From: Rhodospirillaceae bacterium
GTDB lineage: Bacteria > Pseudomonadota > Alphaproteobacteria > UBA828
Length of the DNA: 52,345 nucleotides
NCBI GenBank assembly: GCA_002717225.1
Contig: PBDG01000073.1
Location: forward strand, 1 to 52,345
Reading direction: 5' to 3'
Below, one piece after another: positions 43,983 through 51,939 of this stretch; positions within the stretch are counted from its first letter, which is position 1, and every line of letters starts with the position of its first letter. Made by a program: the position numbers and the translations under genes. Below the pieces are notes generated by a model. That model saw nothing but the letters and a program-made list of their open reading frames with translations. It had not been told where the DNA came from and searched no databases.

Positions 43983-44860
43983 CACTCGACGTTTTGAACC
44001 TGTTCGCGGAATTTCTCCAATTCCGTCTTCAAAGTCACTACCAAGCGCGATATGGCCGGATCATTTGCCTTCGATCCGATCGTGTTGATTTCACGGTTCA
44101 TCTCCTGAGACAAAAAATCTAGTGTCCGGCCCACCGGCTCCCTTTTCTTCAGGCAATCATCGAACTGACCAAAGTGACTTCCCAGCCGCGTCAATTCCTC
44201 CGTGATGTCCGATCGCTCCGCAAACAAAACAACCTCGCGCAACACCCGCTCATCATCCATCGCCGACAAATCCACCCCTGCCTCCTCAACTCTGCCCAAT
44301 AGATTCTTTCGATACTGCTTCAAAACCGCCGGTGCACGCCGAGCCACCTTTGCCACCGCGCCACGCATCAACCGCACACGTTTCACAAGGTCTTTTTTCA
44401 ACGCCGCCCCTTCGCGGGAGCGCATGGCCACCAATTCCTTTAAAGCTCTTTCCGTCGCGGCATTAACCGTCGGCCAGTAATCAGCAGCAACCACCTCCCG
44501 TTCAGCCACTTGCAGTACTCCCGGCGCCCTGAGCACATGCTCCATCTGCACTTCCGAAGACAACCCCAAATCTTTTTTTAATTTACGGAAATCCCTCAGA
44601 TAACGCTTGGCCAGTGCCACATCGATCACCGCCTTGCCATCCGTGCTCCCATTGAAGGCAACACTGACCCGCGCATTGACCCGGCCCCGAGACACGGCCC
44701 CACCGATCACCTCCCGCATGCGTGGCTCCAGCGCATCCAAATCTCGCGGCAAATGGACTCCAATTTCCCCTTGGCGACGGTTCACGGAAGTAATCTCAAC
44801 CGTCACCTTGCACCCATCGCGCACGCATTCGCCGCGGCCATAACCGGTCATGGATTTCAT
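43982..44860 (-). CDS. yicC: YicC-family stress-induced protein (UPF0701)
   Basis: 292 aa. N-terminal MKSMTGYGRGE and C-terminal EEL(T)RLxSH...GRxLDFLxQEMNREINTIGSKA are YicC hallmarks. Confidence 0.85.
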   Translation of the reverse strand: MKSMTGYGRGECVRDGCKVTVEITSVNRRQGEIGVHLPRDLDALEPRMREVIGGAVSRGRVNARVSVAFNGSTDGKAVIDVALAKRYLRDFRKLKKDLGLSSEVQMEHVLRAPGVLQVAEREVVAADYWPTVNAATERALKELVAMRSREGAALKKDLVKRVRLMRGAVAKVARRAPAVLKQYRKNLLGRVEEAGVDLSAMDDERVLREVVLFAERSDITEELTRLGSHFGQFDDCLKKREPVGRTLDFLSQEMNREINTIGSKANDPAISRLVVTLKTELEKFREQVQNVE

Positions 44861-44907
44861 GAAGCGCCGACCATGCCAGAAAACAATCCCCAGTTAAATC
44901 GCAAACC

Positions 44908-45696
44908 TCATCCCCCCTCCAGCGGCACCGAAACCCTGCTGATGTCCCGTGCCCCGCCCGATGCACCATCAACCTCCACAATCACCCCTTGGAGCAGCAC
45001 CCGACCGGATGCCACATTGAACCGCTGCGGCTGGCAGGTAAGAAATCTTTCCACCACTGGCTCCACTTCGCGCCCAAGCACGCTGTCATGTGGGCCGGTA
45101 AAGCCTGCGTCGCACAGAAAGGCCGTGCCGCCAGGCAGTATTTGCTCATCAGCGGTTTGTACATGGGTATGTGTTCCCACCACAGCACTGACCCTTCCAT
45201 CCAGTAGCCGCGCCATGGCGATTTTCTCTGATGTAGCTTCGGCGTGAAAATCCACGAAGATAATGGGAGCCTTGGCTTGTAACGCTTTCACCGCATCACG
45301 TGCCGCCAGAAATGGATTGTCCATCTCCCGCATGAAAGTCCGCCCCTGAACGTTGAGCACCCCCAGCGATGGCAATCCTTCGCGCTCCAGCACCATGTGG
45401 CCCTGCCCCGGTGTTCCCGGTGGAAAATTCACTGGCCGCACAAATCGTGGTTCCTCATGCAGCAAATCCACCACCTCCTTTTGGTCCCACAAATGATCCC
45501 CCATCGTGATCACATCCACTCCCGCCGCATAAATCTCCGCCGCCTTGTCTGGCGTAATGCCGTTGCCTCCCGCTGCGTTCTCCCCGTTGGCGATGACCAC
45601 GTCAACCTCACGCTGCGCCCGCAATGATGGCACCAGTTCCCTGACTGCCTTTCGCCCAGGCGCGCCCACGATGTCACCTATGAACAGAATCCTCAC
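44908..45696 (-). CDS. ymdB: YmdB-family metallophosphoesterase (2',3'-cyclic-nucleotide 2'-phosphodiesterase-like)
   Basis: 262 aa. MRILFIGDIVGAPGR, ANGENAAGG, DFHAEATSEK and GTHTHVQTAD are YmdB-family motifs. Confidence 0.85.
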   Translation of the reverse strand: MRILFIGDIVGAPGRKAVRELVPSLRAQREVDVVIANGENAAGGNGITPDKAAEIYAAGVDVITMGDHLWDQKEVVDLLHEEPRFVRPVNFPPGTPGQGHMVLEREGLPSLGVLNVQGRTFMREMDNPFLAARDAVKALQAKAPIIFVDFHAEATSEKIAMARLLDGRVSAVVGTHTHVQTADEQILPGGTAFLCDAGFTGPHDSVLGREVEPVVERFLTCQPQRFNVASGRVLLQGVIVEVDGASGGARDISRVSVPLEGG

Positions 45697-45736
45697 GGAC
45701 CCAACCTAGCCGCTGCCTGCAGCGGGCGCAATGTGC

Positions 45737-45764
45737 TTGTCGATCGTGACCGGCTGGCCATAAT
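45737..45764 (+). promoter_or_regulatory. Putative sigma-70-type promoter (short or absent leader) of the DUF3500-like gene
   Basis: TTGTCG (45737-45742), a 16-nt spacer, then CATAAT (45759-45764). ATG 45774 is 9 nt downstream. Confidence 0.3.
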
Positions 45765-45773
45765 CCCCCCGCC

Positions 45774-46802
45774 ATGAAACACACCCGAGTTTTCGCAATA
45801 CTGCTTTCCTTTTCCCTGGCCGCATCTCTTGCGGCTGACGTCGCCACTGACATGGCCAAGGCCGCGAATGCCTTGATCGCCAGCCTCGATGCCAAACAAA
45901 AAGCCCAGGTTGTTTTTGACTTCAAGTCCGATACCCGAACCTATTGGCACTTCATTCCTGCCGAAATGCTCAAGGGCGGCGGACGCAAGGGCCTTCAGAT
46001 CAAACATATGTCAGGCCAACAAATTGAGTTGACCCATGCCCTGCTCAAAACTGTGCTCAGCGAAAAAGGGCACACCAAAGTGAAGAACATCATGTTTCTC
46101 GAGGACATCCTGCATGTACTCGAAGGAAAAAATCGCCGGTTCGTTCGTGACCGCGACGCCTACCATATTCTTGTGTTCGGCAAGCCTGGCAACAAGGGGG
46201 CATGGGGTTGGCGATTCGAAGGCCATCATGTTTCGCTCAATTACACCATCGTCAACGGAAAGCTCAGCGTCGTGCCCTCTTTCCTCGCCAGCAATCCGGC
46301 TGTGGCAGACTTTGGGCCCGGCCGTAAATTGGTGGCCTTGGAAGTGGAGGAATTCGCCGCCCGCGACCTGCGTAATTCACTCAACGCCGCCCAAGCCAAG
46401 AAAGCCGTGATCGCCGACAAGGCTCCGCGCGACATCCTCACCTCTGCCCTGCCCAGGGTGGAAGTTTTGGAAAACACTGGCATCGCTTACGGTGATTTGG
46501 ACAAGAATCAACGGGAGCAACTCACCAAACTTATTCAGGAGTACATCAATCGCCACAGAGCAATTGTTGCCAAGGAGGATTGGGCCAAGATCGAGAAAGG
46601 CGGCCTGAATAAAATCCGCTTTGCATGGGCAGGAAGCACCAAACCATTTCAGCCGCACTATTACCGTGTTCAGGGCCCGACATTCCTGCTCGAATACGCA
46701 AACACACAAAACGGCTCCAATCACATCCACGCCACATGGCGTGATTTCAACGGCGATTTTGGTCGTGATCTTCTGCGTGAACACGTAAAGAAGAATCACT
46801 AG
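45774..46802 (+). CDS. Secreted DUF3500-like protein
   Basis: 342 aa with a signal peptide. WHFIP, YHILVFGKPG...WGWRFEGHHVSLN and the C-terminal HIHATWRD resemble the DUF3500 family as I remember it. Confidence 0.5.
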   Translation: MKHTRVFAILLSFSLAASLAADVATDMAKAANALIASLDAKQKAQVVFDFKSDTRTYWHFIPAEMLKGGGRKGLQIKHMSGQQIELTHALLKTVLSEKGHTKVKNIMFLEDILHVLEGKNRRFVRDRDAYHILVFGKPGNKGAWGWRFEGHHVSLNYTIVNGKLSVVPSFLASNPAVADFGPGRKLVALEVEEFAARDLRNSLNAAQAKKAVIADKAPRDILTSALPRVEVLENTGIAYGDLDKNQREQLTKLIQEYINRHRAIVAKEDWAKIEKGGLNKIRFAWAGSTKPFQPHYYRVQGPTFLLEYANTQNGSNHIHATWRDFNGDFGRDLLREHVKKNH

Positions 46803-46820
46803 ACCCGGAAATCTGAGGGA

Positions 46821-47987
46821 GTGAAATCAGGGGGCAAAGAACACATCCCCGCAGGGCCGTGTGTTGGCGATATCTTGGAAGTTGAAATCTCCGACGTGGC
46901 CTTTGGTGGTGATGGCGTGGGGCGCGTCGATGGGTTCGTAATTTTTGCACCCTTTGTCATTACCGGCGAAACGGTTCGGGTGGAGATCATCGAGCGCAAA
47001 AAAGACTTCGCCCGAGCCAAATTACTGGAGGTCCTGACGCCAGCGCCTGAACGAACCAGCCCAGAATGCACTCATTTTGGCATCTGCGGAGGATGCCAAT
47101 ACCAGCACATCGAATACACCGCACAGACTCAAATAAAACTCAGCCAAATCCGCAGCTTATTTGAGCGAGTTGGAGGATTCTCCGGGGCGGTAGTAGGTGA
47201 CCTTGTTCCCTGTCCCACCTCCTACAATTACCGGAATCGAATCATGGTCCGCCGCCAATGGAACAAGCCCAAGCAAAAGGCGGTGTACGGCTTTCTTCAT
47301 CATGATTCACGACTGGTGGTGGACATGGACAGGTGCGAGATTGCCGAGGAATCTTTAAATGAACAGTTGATTCAACTGCGCGAAAATCCGCCGCCGCGCA
47401 ACATGCAAAAAGTTGTCCTTCGCATCATGCCCGATAATTGGGAAATGCACCGGGATTCCTTCTTCCAGAATAATTTCCACCTCCTGCCTGAACTCGTCGA
47501 GATTGTGCGCAACAAGCTCATGGACGCCGGCACACGCCACCTTGTGGATGCCTACTGTGGTATTGGCTTTTTCAGCCTTTCTCTGGCCGATTCCGTGGAG
47601 TCATTCGTTGGCGTCGATATTGACAAGCAGTGCATCCTGCCCGCACGCCGCAACATGGAATTGCGCGACATCGCCAATGGCGAATTCATTCTAGGCAAAA
47701 CGGAGGAACACATGGACGCCCTGCTGGCCAAATTCACGGCGCCAAACACGACTGTCATTCTGGATCCCCCGCGCAAAGGCTGCCATCAGGACGGCTTGCA
47801 AATGTTGGCCGATGCCGCGCCGGCACAAGTGATCTATGTGTCCTGTCACCCCGCCACCTTAGCGCGTGATTTGAAATGGCTGTGCACAGAAGGCGGGTAT
47901 GAACTGACTGGGGTCACCCCCTTGGATATGTTCCCACAAACACAGCACGTGGAATGTGTGGCTGACCTGCGAAGAAAACAGGGCTAA
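46821..47987 (+). CDS. rlmD: 23S rRNA (uracil-5-)-methyltransferase, RlmD/RumA family (TRAM + Fe-S + SAM MTase)
   Basis: 388 aa from GTG 46821. TRAM-like N-terminus, Cys cluster CTHFGICGGCQYQH, SAM motif DAYCGIGFFSL, DPPRKG and the catalytic VYVSCHPATLARD. Confidence 0.85.
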   Translation: MKSGGKEHIPAGPCVGDILEVEISDVAFGGDGVGRVDGFVIFAPFVITGETVRVEIIERKKDFARAKLLEVLTPAPERTSPECTHFGICGGCQYQHIEYTAQTQIKLSQIRSLFERVGGFSGAVVGDLVPCPTSYNYRNRIMVRRQWNKPKQKAVYGFLHHDSRLVVDMDRCEIAEESLNEQLIQLRENPPPRNMQKVVLRIMPDNWEMHRDSFFQNNFHLLPELVEIVRNKLMDAGTRHLVDAYCGIGFFSLSLADSVESFVGVDIDKQCILPARRNMELRDIANGEFILGKTEEHMDALLAKFTAPNTTVILDPPRKGCHQDGLQMLADAAPAQVIYVSCHPATLARDLKWLCTEGGYELTGVTPLDMFPQTQHVECVADLRRKQG

Positions 47988-47995
47988 GGGCTAAA

Positions 47996-48955
47996 TCACT
48001 GCCAGAATTTCAATCCATCCTTCCGCCAAAGGAATATTTCCCACGCAATATTCTGGAGGAATGCAATCTCATTCGACGGAATGGCATGCAGCCCGCCGTT
48101 GTTCAATCCCACGGGGCTTTGCCACGTAAGATAAGCATAAAACATGCACGCGTTTAAATAAGTACCGCGAATGTTGGGTGTAAATCCATCGCTCTGCCGC
48201 AATATGATATCCGGCCGCCGCCACTCGGATAGTTCCCACGCCATCCCACAGGGCACCACAGGAATGTTCTGTTGTTGCCCAACAGACAAATAGGCACTGT
48301 CCGTCCGGAACAAGACATCCGTGGGTGAGAAGATGGGATCGGACCGTTTCCAAGTCTGGAACAACATGGGCAAGCTGCCTTGGTTGGTAACAGCCTGAGT
48401 CAGCAGCCGGATGTTGTTGGTCATCAGGGGGTAATTATAGATCGGCAATACGGAATGTTCCTGCATGACGACCGCGTCAAGCGGCAGAGCATTGGTGAAA
48501 TTATTGGGATCGGTGATAACGTTAGTGATCGCCATGTAAGTTCGCAGATCACCCACATGAGATTGAAGCGTGTAACCTTCGTGGGCGCGCGCTTCAGCTT
48601 CGATGCGGAATTTTCCACCGACGGCCATCGTGTTCAGAACTCCCACCATGTCGTTGGCTCCCGTCAGCCCATTGCCAACAAACAAGACCCGCAACACTTC
48701 AGGATTGCGTGAGCGGTTAGTAGAAAGGTAGATGGGAACTTGCGGAGCTAGCGCGTTTGTGTGACCAAACTGGAACACTCCCGTAATGGGGTTTCCAACG
48801 GCCAAGGGAATATTGGAACGTCGCCCCCAAGTGCGAAGATTAATGCGGTTGAGGAAGAGAGGGGTACTCGCAAAGGCCTCCACCACAATGGCACCCAATA
48901 GGCAGACAAACACCATCGTCAGAATTTTCGCCGCGATTTTGCCTTTTTTCATCAT
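47996..48955 (-). CDS. Membrane-anchored/secreted hypothetical protein, possibly SGNH-hydrolase-like (DUF4886-like)
   Basis: 319 aa with an N-terminal anchor KIAAKILTMVFVCLLGAIVV. RVLFVGNGLTGANDM resembles block I of SGNH/DUF4886 proteins. The family call is weak. Confidence 0.4.
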   Translation of the reverse strand: MMKKGKIAAKILTMVFVCLLGAIVVEAFASTPLFLNRINLRTWGRRSNIPLAVGNPITGVFQFGHTNALAPQVPIYLSTNRSRNPEVLRVLFVGNGLTGANDMVGVLNTMAVGGKFRIEAEARAHEGYTLQSHVGDLRTYMAITNVITDPNNFTNALPLDAVVMQEHSVLPIYNYPLMTNNIRLLTQAVTNQGSLPMLFQTWKRSDPIFSPTDVLFRTDSAYLSVGQQQNIPVVPCGMAWELSEWRRPDIILRQSDGFTPNIRGTYLNACMFYAYLTWQSPVGLNNGGLHAIPSNEIAFLQNIAWEIFLWRKDGLKFWQ

Positions 48956-49047
48956 ATTTCCGGCTGTTTGGCCCTTTTGCCGGTCTGCAAGTACGGTATT
49001 AGACGAAGTTTACCAAGAGTTGGATACAGTTTTTGAGGAAATTCGGT

Positions 49048-49077
49048 TTGCCAAAAATATGCGAGCTTGCGCATTAT
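49048..49077 (+). promoter_or_regulatory. Putative sigma-70-type promoter for tRNA-Pro(CGG)
   Basis: TTGCCA (49048-49053), an 18-nt spacer, then CATTAT (49072-49077), ending 13 nt before the tRNA 5' end. Confidence 0.3.
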
Positions 49078-49090
49078 CCCCGGTCTTGGC

Positions 49091-49168
49091 CGGGGCGTAG
49101 CGCAGCCTGGTTAGCGCGCGTCGTTCGGGACGACGAGGTCGAGAGTTCGAATCTCTCCGCCCCGACCA
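49091..49168 (+). tRNA. tRNA-Pro (anticodon CGG), CCA encoded
   Basis: Acceptor stem CGGGGCG/CGCCCCG and D stem GCGC/GCGC. Anticodon stem CGTCG/CGACG with loop TTCGGGA (anticodon CGG, G37). T arm GAGAG-TTCGAAT-CTCTC, followed by ACCA. Confidence 0.9.
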
Positions 49169-49169
49169 T

Positions 49170-49589
49170 TTATTTTTCCTCCCACCATTCGCCAGCCCGC
49201 AGTCTGTCCAGCAATTCCCCGTCCGCTGGCGGAAACTCAAATTCGCCCAAACCCTCGGCCGTCACCCATTCAAATGCCTGACATCCGATGGCCTCCGGTT
49301 CTCCCCCGCGCATTGTGCATCGGAAGAATTTTAGGTGAACCTCTCTCTCTGGATATACATGAGACACCTCGGCCAATAGAAGCCCGACGTCCACCTTGAT
49401 GGCTAATTCCTCGGTCAATTCCCGATACAGGCACTGTTCAGGAGATTCCCCCGGCTCCACCTTTCCCCCCGGAAATTCCCACAAACCGCCAAGGTGACTC
49501 CCTTCCTGTCTTTGGGTGATCAACAACTTGTCGTGACGAAAGACCAAGCCAGCAGCAACATCCACAGTTGATAATTGGCTTCTGGGCAT
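49170..49589 (-). CDS. mutT: NUDIX hydrolase (MutT / 8-oxo-dGTP diphosphatase-like)
   Basis: 139 aa. The Nudix box is [31 protein letters not shown]. Confidence 0.8.
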   Translation of the reverse strand: MPRSQLSTVDVAAGLVFRHDKLLITQRQEGSHLGGLWEFPGGKVEPGESPEQCLYRELTEELAIKVDVGLLLAEVSHVYPEREVHLKFFRCTMRGGEPEAIGCQAFEWVTAEGLGEFEFPPADGELLDRLRAGEWWEEK

Positions 49590-49618
49590 AAAAAAGCCCG
49601 CCGCACATTAGCGGCGGG
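49590..49618 (-). terminator. Rho-independent terminator downstream of the aquaporin gene
   Basis: On the minus strand, an 8-bp GC stem CCCGCCGC/GCGGCGGG (49597-49604 / 49611-49618) with a 6-nt loop is followed by a T6 run (49590-49595). It abuts the mutT start codon. Confidence 0.65.
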
Positions 49619-49636
49619 ATAAGTTGATGGATCAAA

Positions 49637-50587
49637 TTATCGGCCGTAGCCTGCCAATGTAGGTGTATCTTCTTCCGGAGTCGCATCCAAATCATCTCGG
49701 AACAACACCCATCCGCAGACCAATCCCGCCAGTGCGCCGCCCACCATTGGGCCAATCCAGTATATCGCTTGGCTGGTCCAAACGCCCGACACCATGGCCG
49801 GGCCAAATGCCCGGGCAGGATTCAAGGATCCTCCCGTCAGGTACATTCCCGCAAACACCGCCGCCATGACCAATGCTCCCAAGGCCAACGCCCCGGCAAT
49901 GGGCGAACGGCCGCGCAGAATGGCTCCATAGAAAACTGTCACCCACAGAAACGCCAGCACACCTTCAATCAACATGGCCTGCCCATTGCTGACCCGCGGC
50001 TCCTTGTTGGTGATATCCGGCTGACCACCCACCGTTCTCAACGGTATGGTTGGAACGGCCATCTGAATTGGAGTGGGCGGTTCTGTGTTATCAAGCTGAA
50101 CAATTTCTGTTTTGCCGAAGACAGGTTTCAACATCACGCAAGCCAAAACCGCCGCCGTAAGTTGGGCGACAATGATCAATCCCGCGCGTGCAACATTCAG
50201 TCGCCCCCCTACCAGCAGCCCCAGAGTAACGGCGGGATTAAGCTGCCCACCCGAAATCCCCGCAAATGCAGCTACCATCGCAGCAATCACCAACCCATAC
50301 GCAATCGCCTGAACAGACTGCATGTAAATGTTGCCCATCAAATACGAAATTGACGCCACCACAATCATCAGCGCAAACACGCCAATAAACTCCGCCACCA
50401 ATTGGCGAACAAGCGCGGGACGATTCAAATCCAACTCATTTGCGACAGCCGACTCCTGAACCATCGCTCCAGCCCGATTCGAAGATGTAGATTCGGCCGT
50501 TTCCACCGCCCCAGTAGCCCTATATTCAACGGCAGGATTTTGCAAAACGTCATCCATGATATTGTACCTCCTTGCTTTAAATACCAC
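49637..50587 (-). CDS. MIP-family channel (aquaporin/aquaglyceroporin) with N-terminal extension and enlarged loop
   Basis: 316 aa. Both NPA boxes are present (GGQLNPAVTLG and GGSLNPARAFGP), with six hydrophobic helices. The start is uncertain (ATG 50587 or 50557). Confidence 0.85.
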   Translation of the reverse strand: MVFKARRYNIMDDVLQNPAVEYRATGAVETAESTSSNRAGAMVQESAVANELDLNRPALVRQLVAEFIGVFALMIVVASISYLMGNIYMQSVQAIAYGLVIAAMVAAFAGISGGQLNPAVTLGLLVGGRLNVARAGLIIVAQLTAAVLACVMLKPVFGKTEIVQLDNTEPPTPIQMAVPTIPLRTVGGQPDITNKEPRVSNGQAMLIEGVLAFLWVTVFYGAILRGRSPIAGALALGALVMAAVFAGMYLTGGSLNPARAFGPAMVSGVWTSQAIYWIGPMVGGALAGLVCGWVLFRDDLDATPEEDTPTLAGYGR

Positions 50588-50674
50588 GATATCTCGTAGG
50601 TGATGTGAGAAAACCGAATTAGTCTCCCTGCGTCAAGGAGTTTTTATTGGCACAAGAAGCGACCGAATGATGGG

Positions 50675-51445
50675 CTATTCGCGGCTTTTATCGGGCGTTT
50701 CGGACGAATCGGTTCCGTTTGATTCCGATGCGGTCGCGTTGGAATCCGGTTCGTTCGGGTCTCTGGGTTTTCCATGAGGCGACGTCATGGGTCGCAATTC
50801 GGGATATTTGGCTATCAGAATGCGCAAGTTATCACCCGCCAAACGGTTTGCCACGGGAGCCAAAGGGTTGAAGCTGGAGGCAGAAGTCAGCATATCCCGT
50901 GCTTCAGCCGTCTTTCCCTCCCCCTCAAAAATAGCCGCCAAATTCAGGCGCGCATATTGAATCTCGGGCTTGTTCGAGTGTGCGACGATAATCTGCTCAT
51001 ACGCAGCCTTAGCCTCGGCTGTCTTGCCACCTTCATCCAGACAAACCGCCCGCCCCAAGTCTGCCGCCGCTTTCATTGGGCTTCGCCCATGCCTAGCGGC
51101 AAAAGCCTCGAATTGATTTTGCGCCTCTTCGTACTTGCCCGCATCAAGCAGCGAACGTGCCCAAATCAACCACGCCCTCTGGCCTGCGCTCGTTTCGGGA
51201 TATTCGCTGTATACGGCCTGATAACTTTCCGGGGTTACCGACCCGTTGAGCATCTTCGCCATGTTCGTGCCCTCTAGAGCACCTCCAGCCTCGCCGACGA
51301 GTTGCGTGGCGTTAAATCGGTTGATGTAAATGGAGAAGCCCACAATCAGGGCAACACCCACGCCAACGATCACCGCCAAGCGGTTTTCCTCCACCCACGC
51401 CCAAAACTCAAACAGGGCATCAGACTCTTGGTCATGTTCACTCAC
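50675..51445 (-). CDS. Membrane-anchored TPR-like protein (YfgM-like architecture)
   Basis: 256 aa. One N-terminal TM helix (LAVIVGVGVALIVGFSIYI) is followed by helical TPR-like repeats (YEEAQNQFEAFA..., AEAKAAYEQII...) and an acidic, low-complexity tail. Confidence 0.55.
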   Translation of the reverse strand: MSEHDQESDALFEFWAWVEENRLAVIVGVGVALIVGFSIYINRFNATQLVGEAGGALEGTNMAKMLNGSVTPESYQAVYSEYPETSAGQRAWLIWARSLLDAGKYEEAQNQFEAFAARHGRSPMKAAADLGRAVCLDEGGKTAEAKAAYEQIIVAHSNKPEIQYARLNLAAIFEGEGKTAEARDMLTSASSFNPLAPVANRLAGDNLRILIAKYPELRPMTSPHGKPRDPNEPDSNATASESNGTDSSETPDKSRE

Positions 51446-51537
51446 GAGCCGGAGATATTTGAAATTTCAGGCCCGATTGGCAAGCCGCAAATCCCTTTCG
51501 CCTTGCCACTCTCCACCCCTCCCAGTACCGTCCGGCC

Positions 51538-51933
51538 GTGCAGGAGCCGCAACAATACTTAGCCGTCCTGATACTTCTCGGCATCGCGATCGCCTTTGCG
51601 GGTGGCAATTTACTCGTCTCCGTCATCTTGGGCAGATGGTTTGGCAAACGCACCGCCGGGTCGAGCGCGGTCAAGGACACCCCTTACGAGTGCGGCATGC
51701 TCCCCGAGGGGGAAGGCTCCAGCCGCATGTCCGTAAAATTTTACCTCGTAGCCATGCTTTTCATTCTCTTCGACATTGAGGTTGTGTTTCTTTACCCATG
51801 GGCGGTCATCTATAAAGACATGCTATCCGGTCACGCCGCTCTCATCTTGGGTAGCATGCTCTCCTTCTTGGGCATCCTCTTCGTCGGTTACATCTACGCA
51901 TTGAGGAAAAAAGCCTTTGACTGGAAGAACTAG
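51538..51933 (+). CDS. nuoA: NADH-quinone oxidoreductase subunit A
   Basis: 131 aa from GTG 51538. Three TM helices; YECGM and FILFDIEVVFLYPWA are NuoA hallmarks. Confidence 0.85.
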   Translation: MQEPQQYLAVLILLGIAIAFAGGNLLVSVILGRWFGKRTAGSSAVKDTPYECGMLPEGEGSSRMSVKFYLVAMLFILFDIEVVFLYPWAVIYKDMLSGHAALILGSMLSFLGILFVGYIYALRKKAFDWKN

Positions 51934-51939
51934 GCAGCC

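Noticed and set aside
1668-49168. The two tRNA-Pro genes as boundaries or attachment sites of a genomic island
   Set aside because: There is no integrase, no direct repeat of a tRNA 3' end, and the intervening 47 kb is core metabolism. The similarity between the tRNAs is ordinary isoacceptor similarity.
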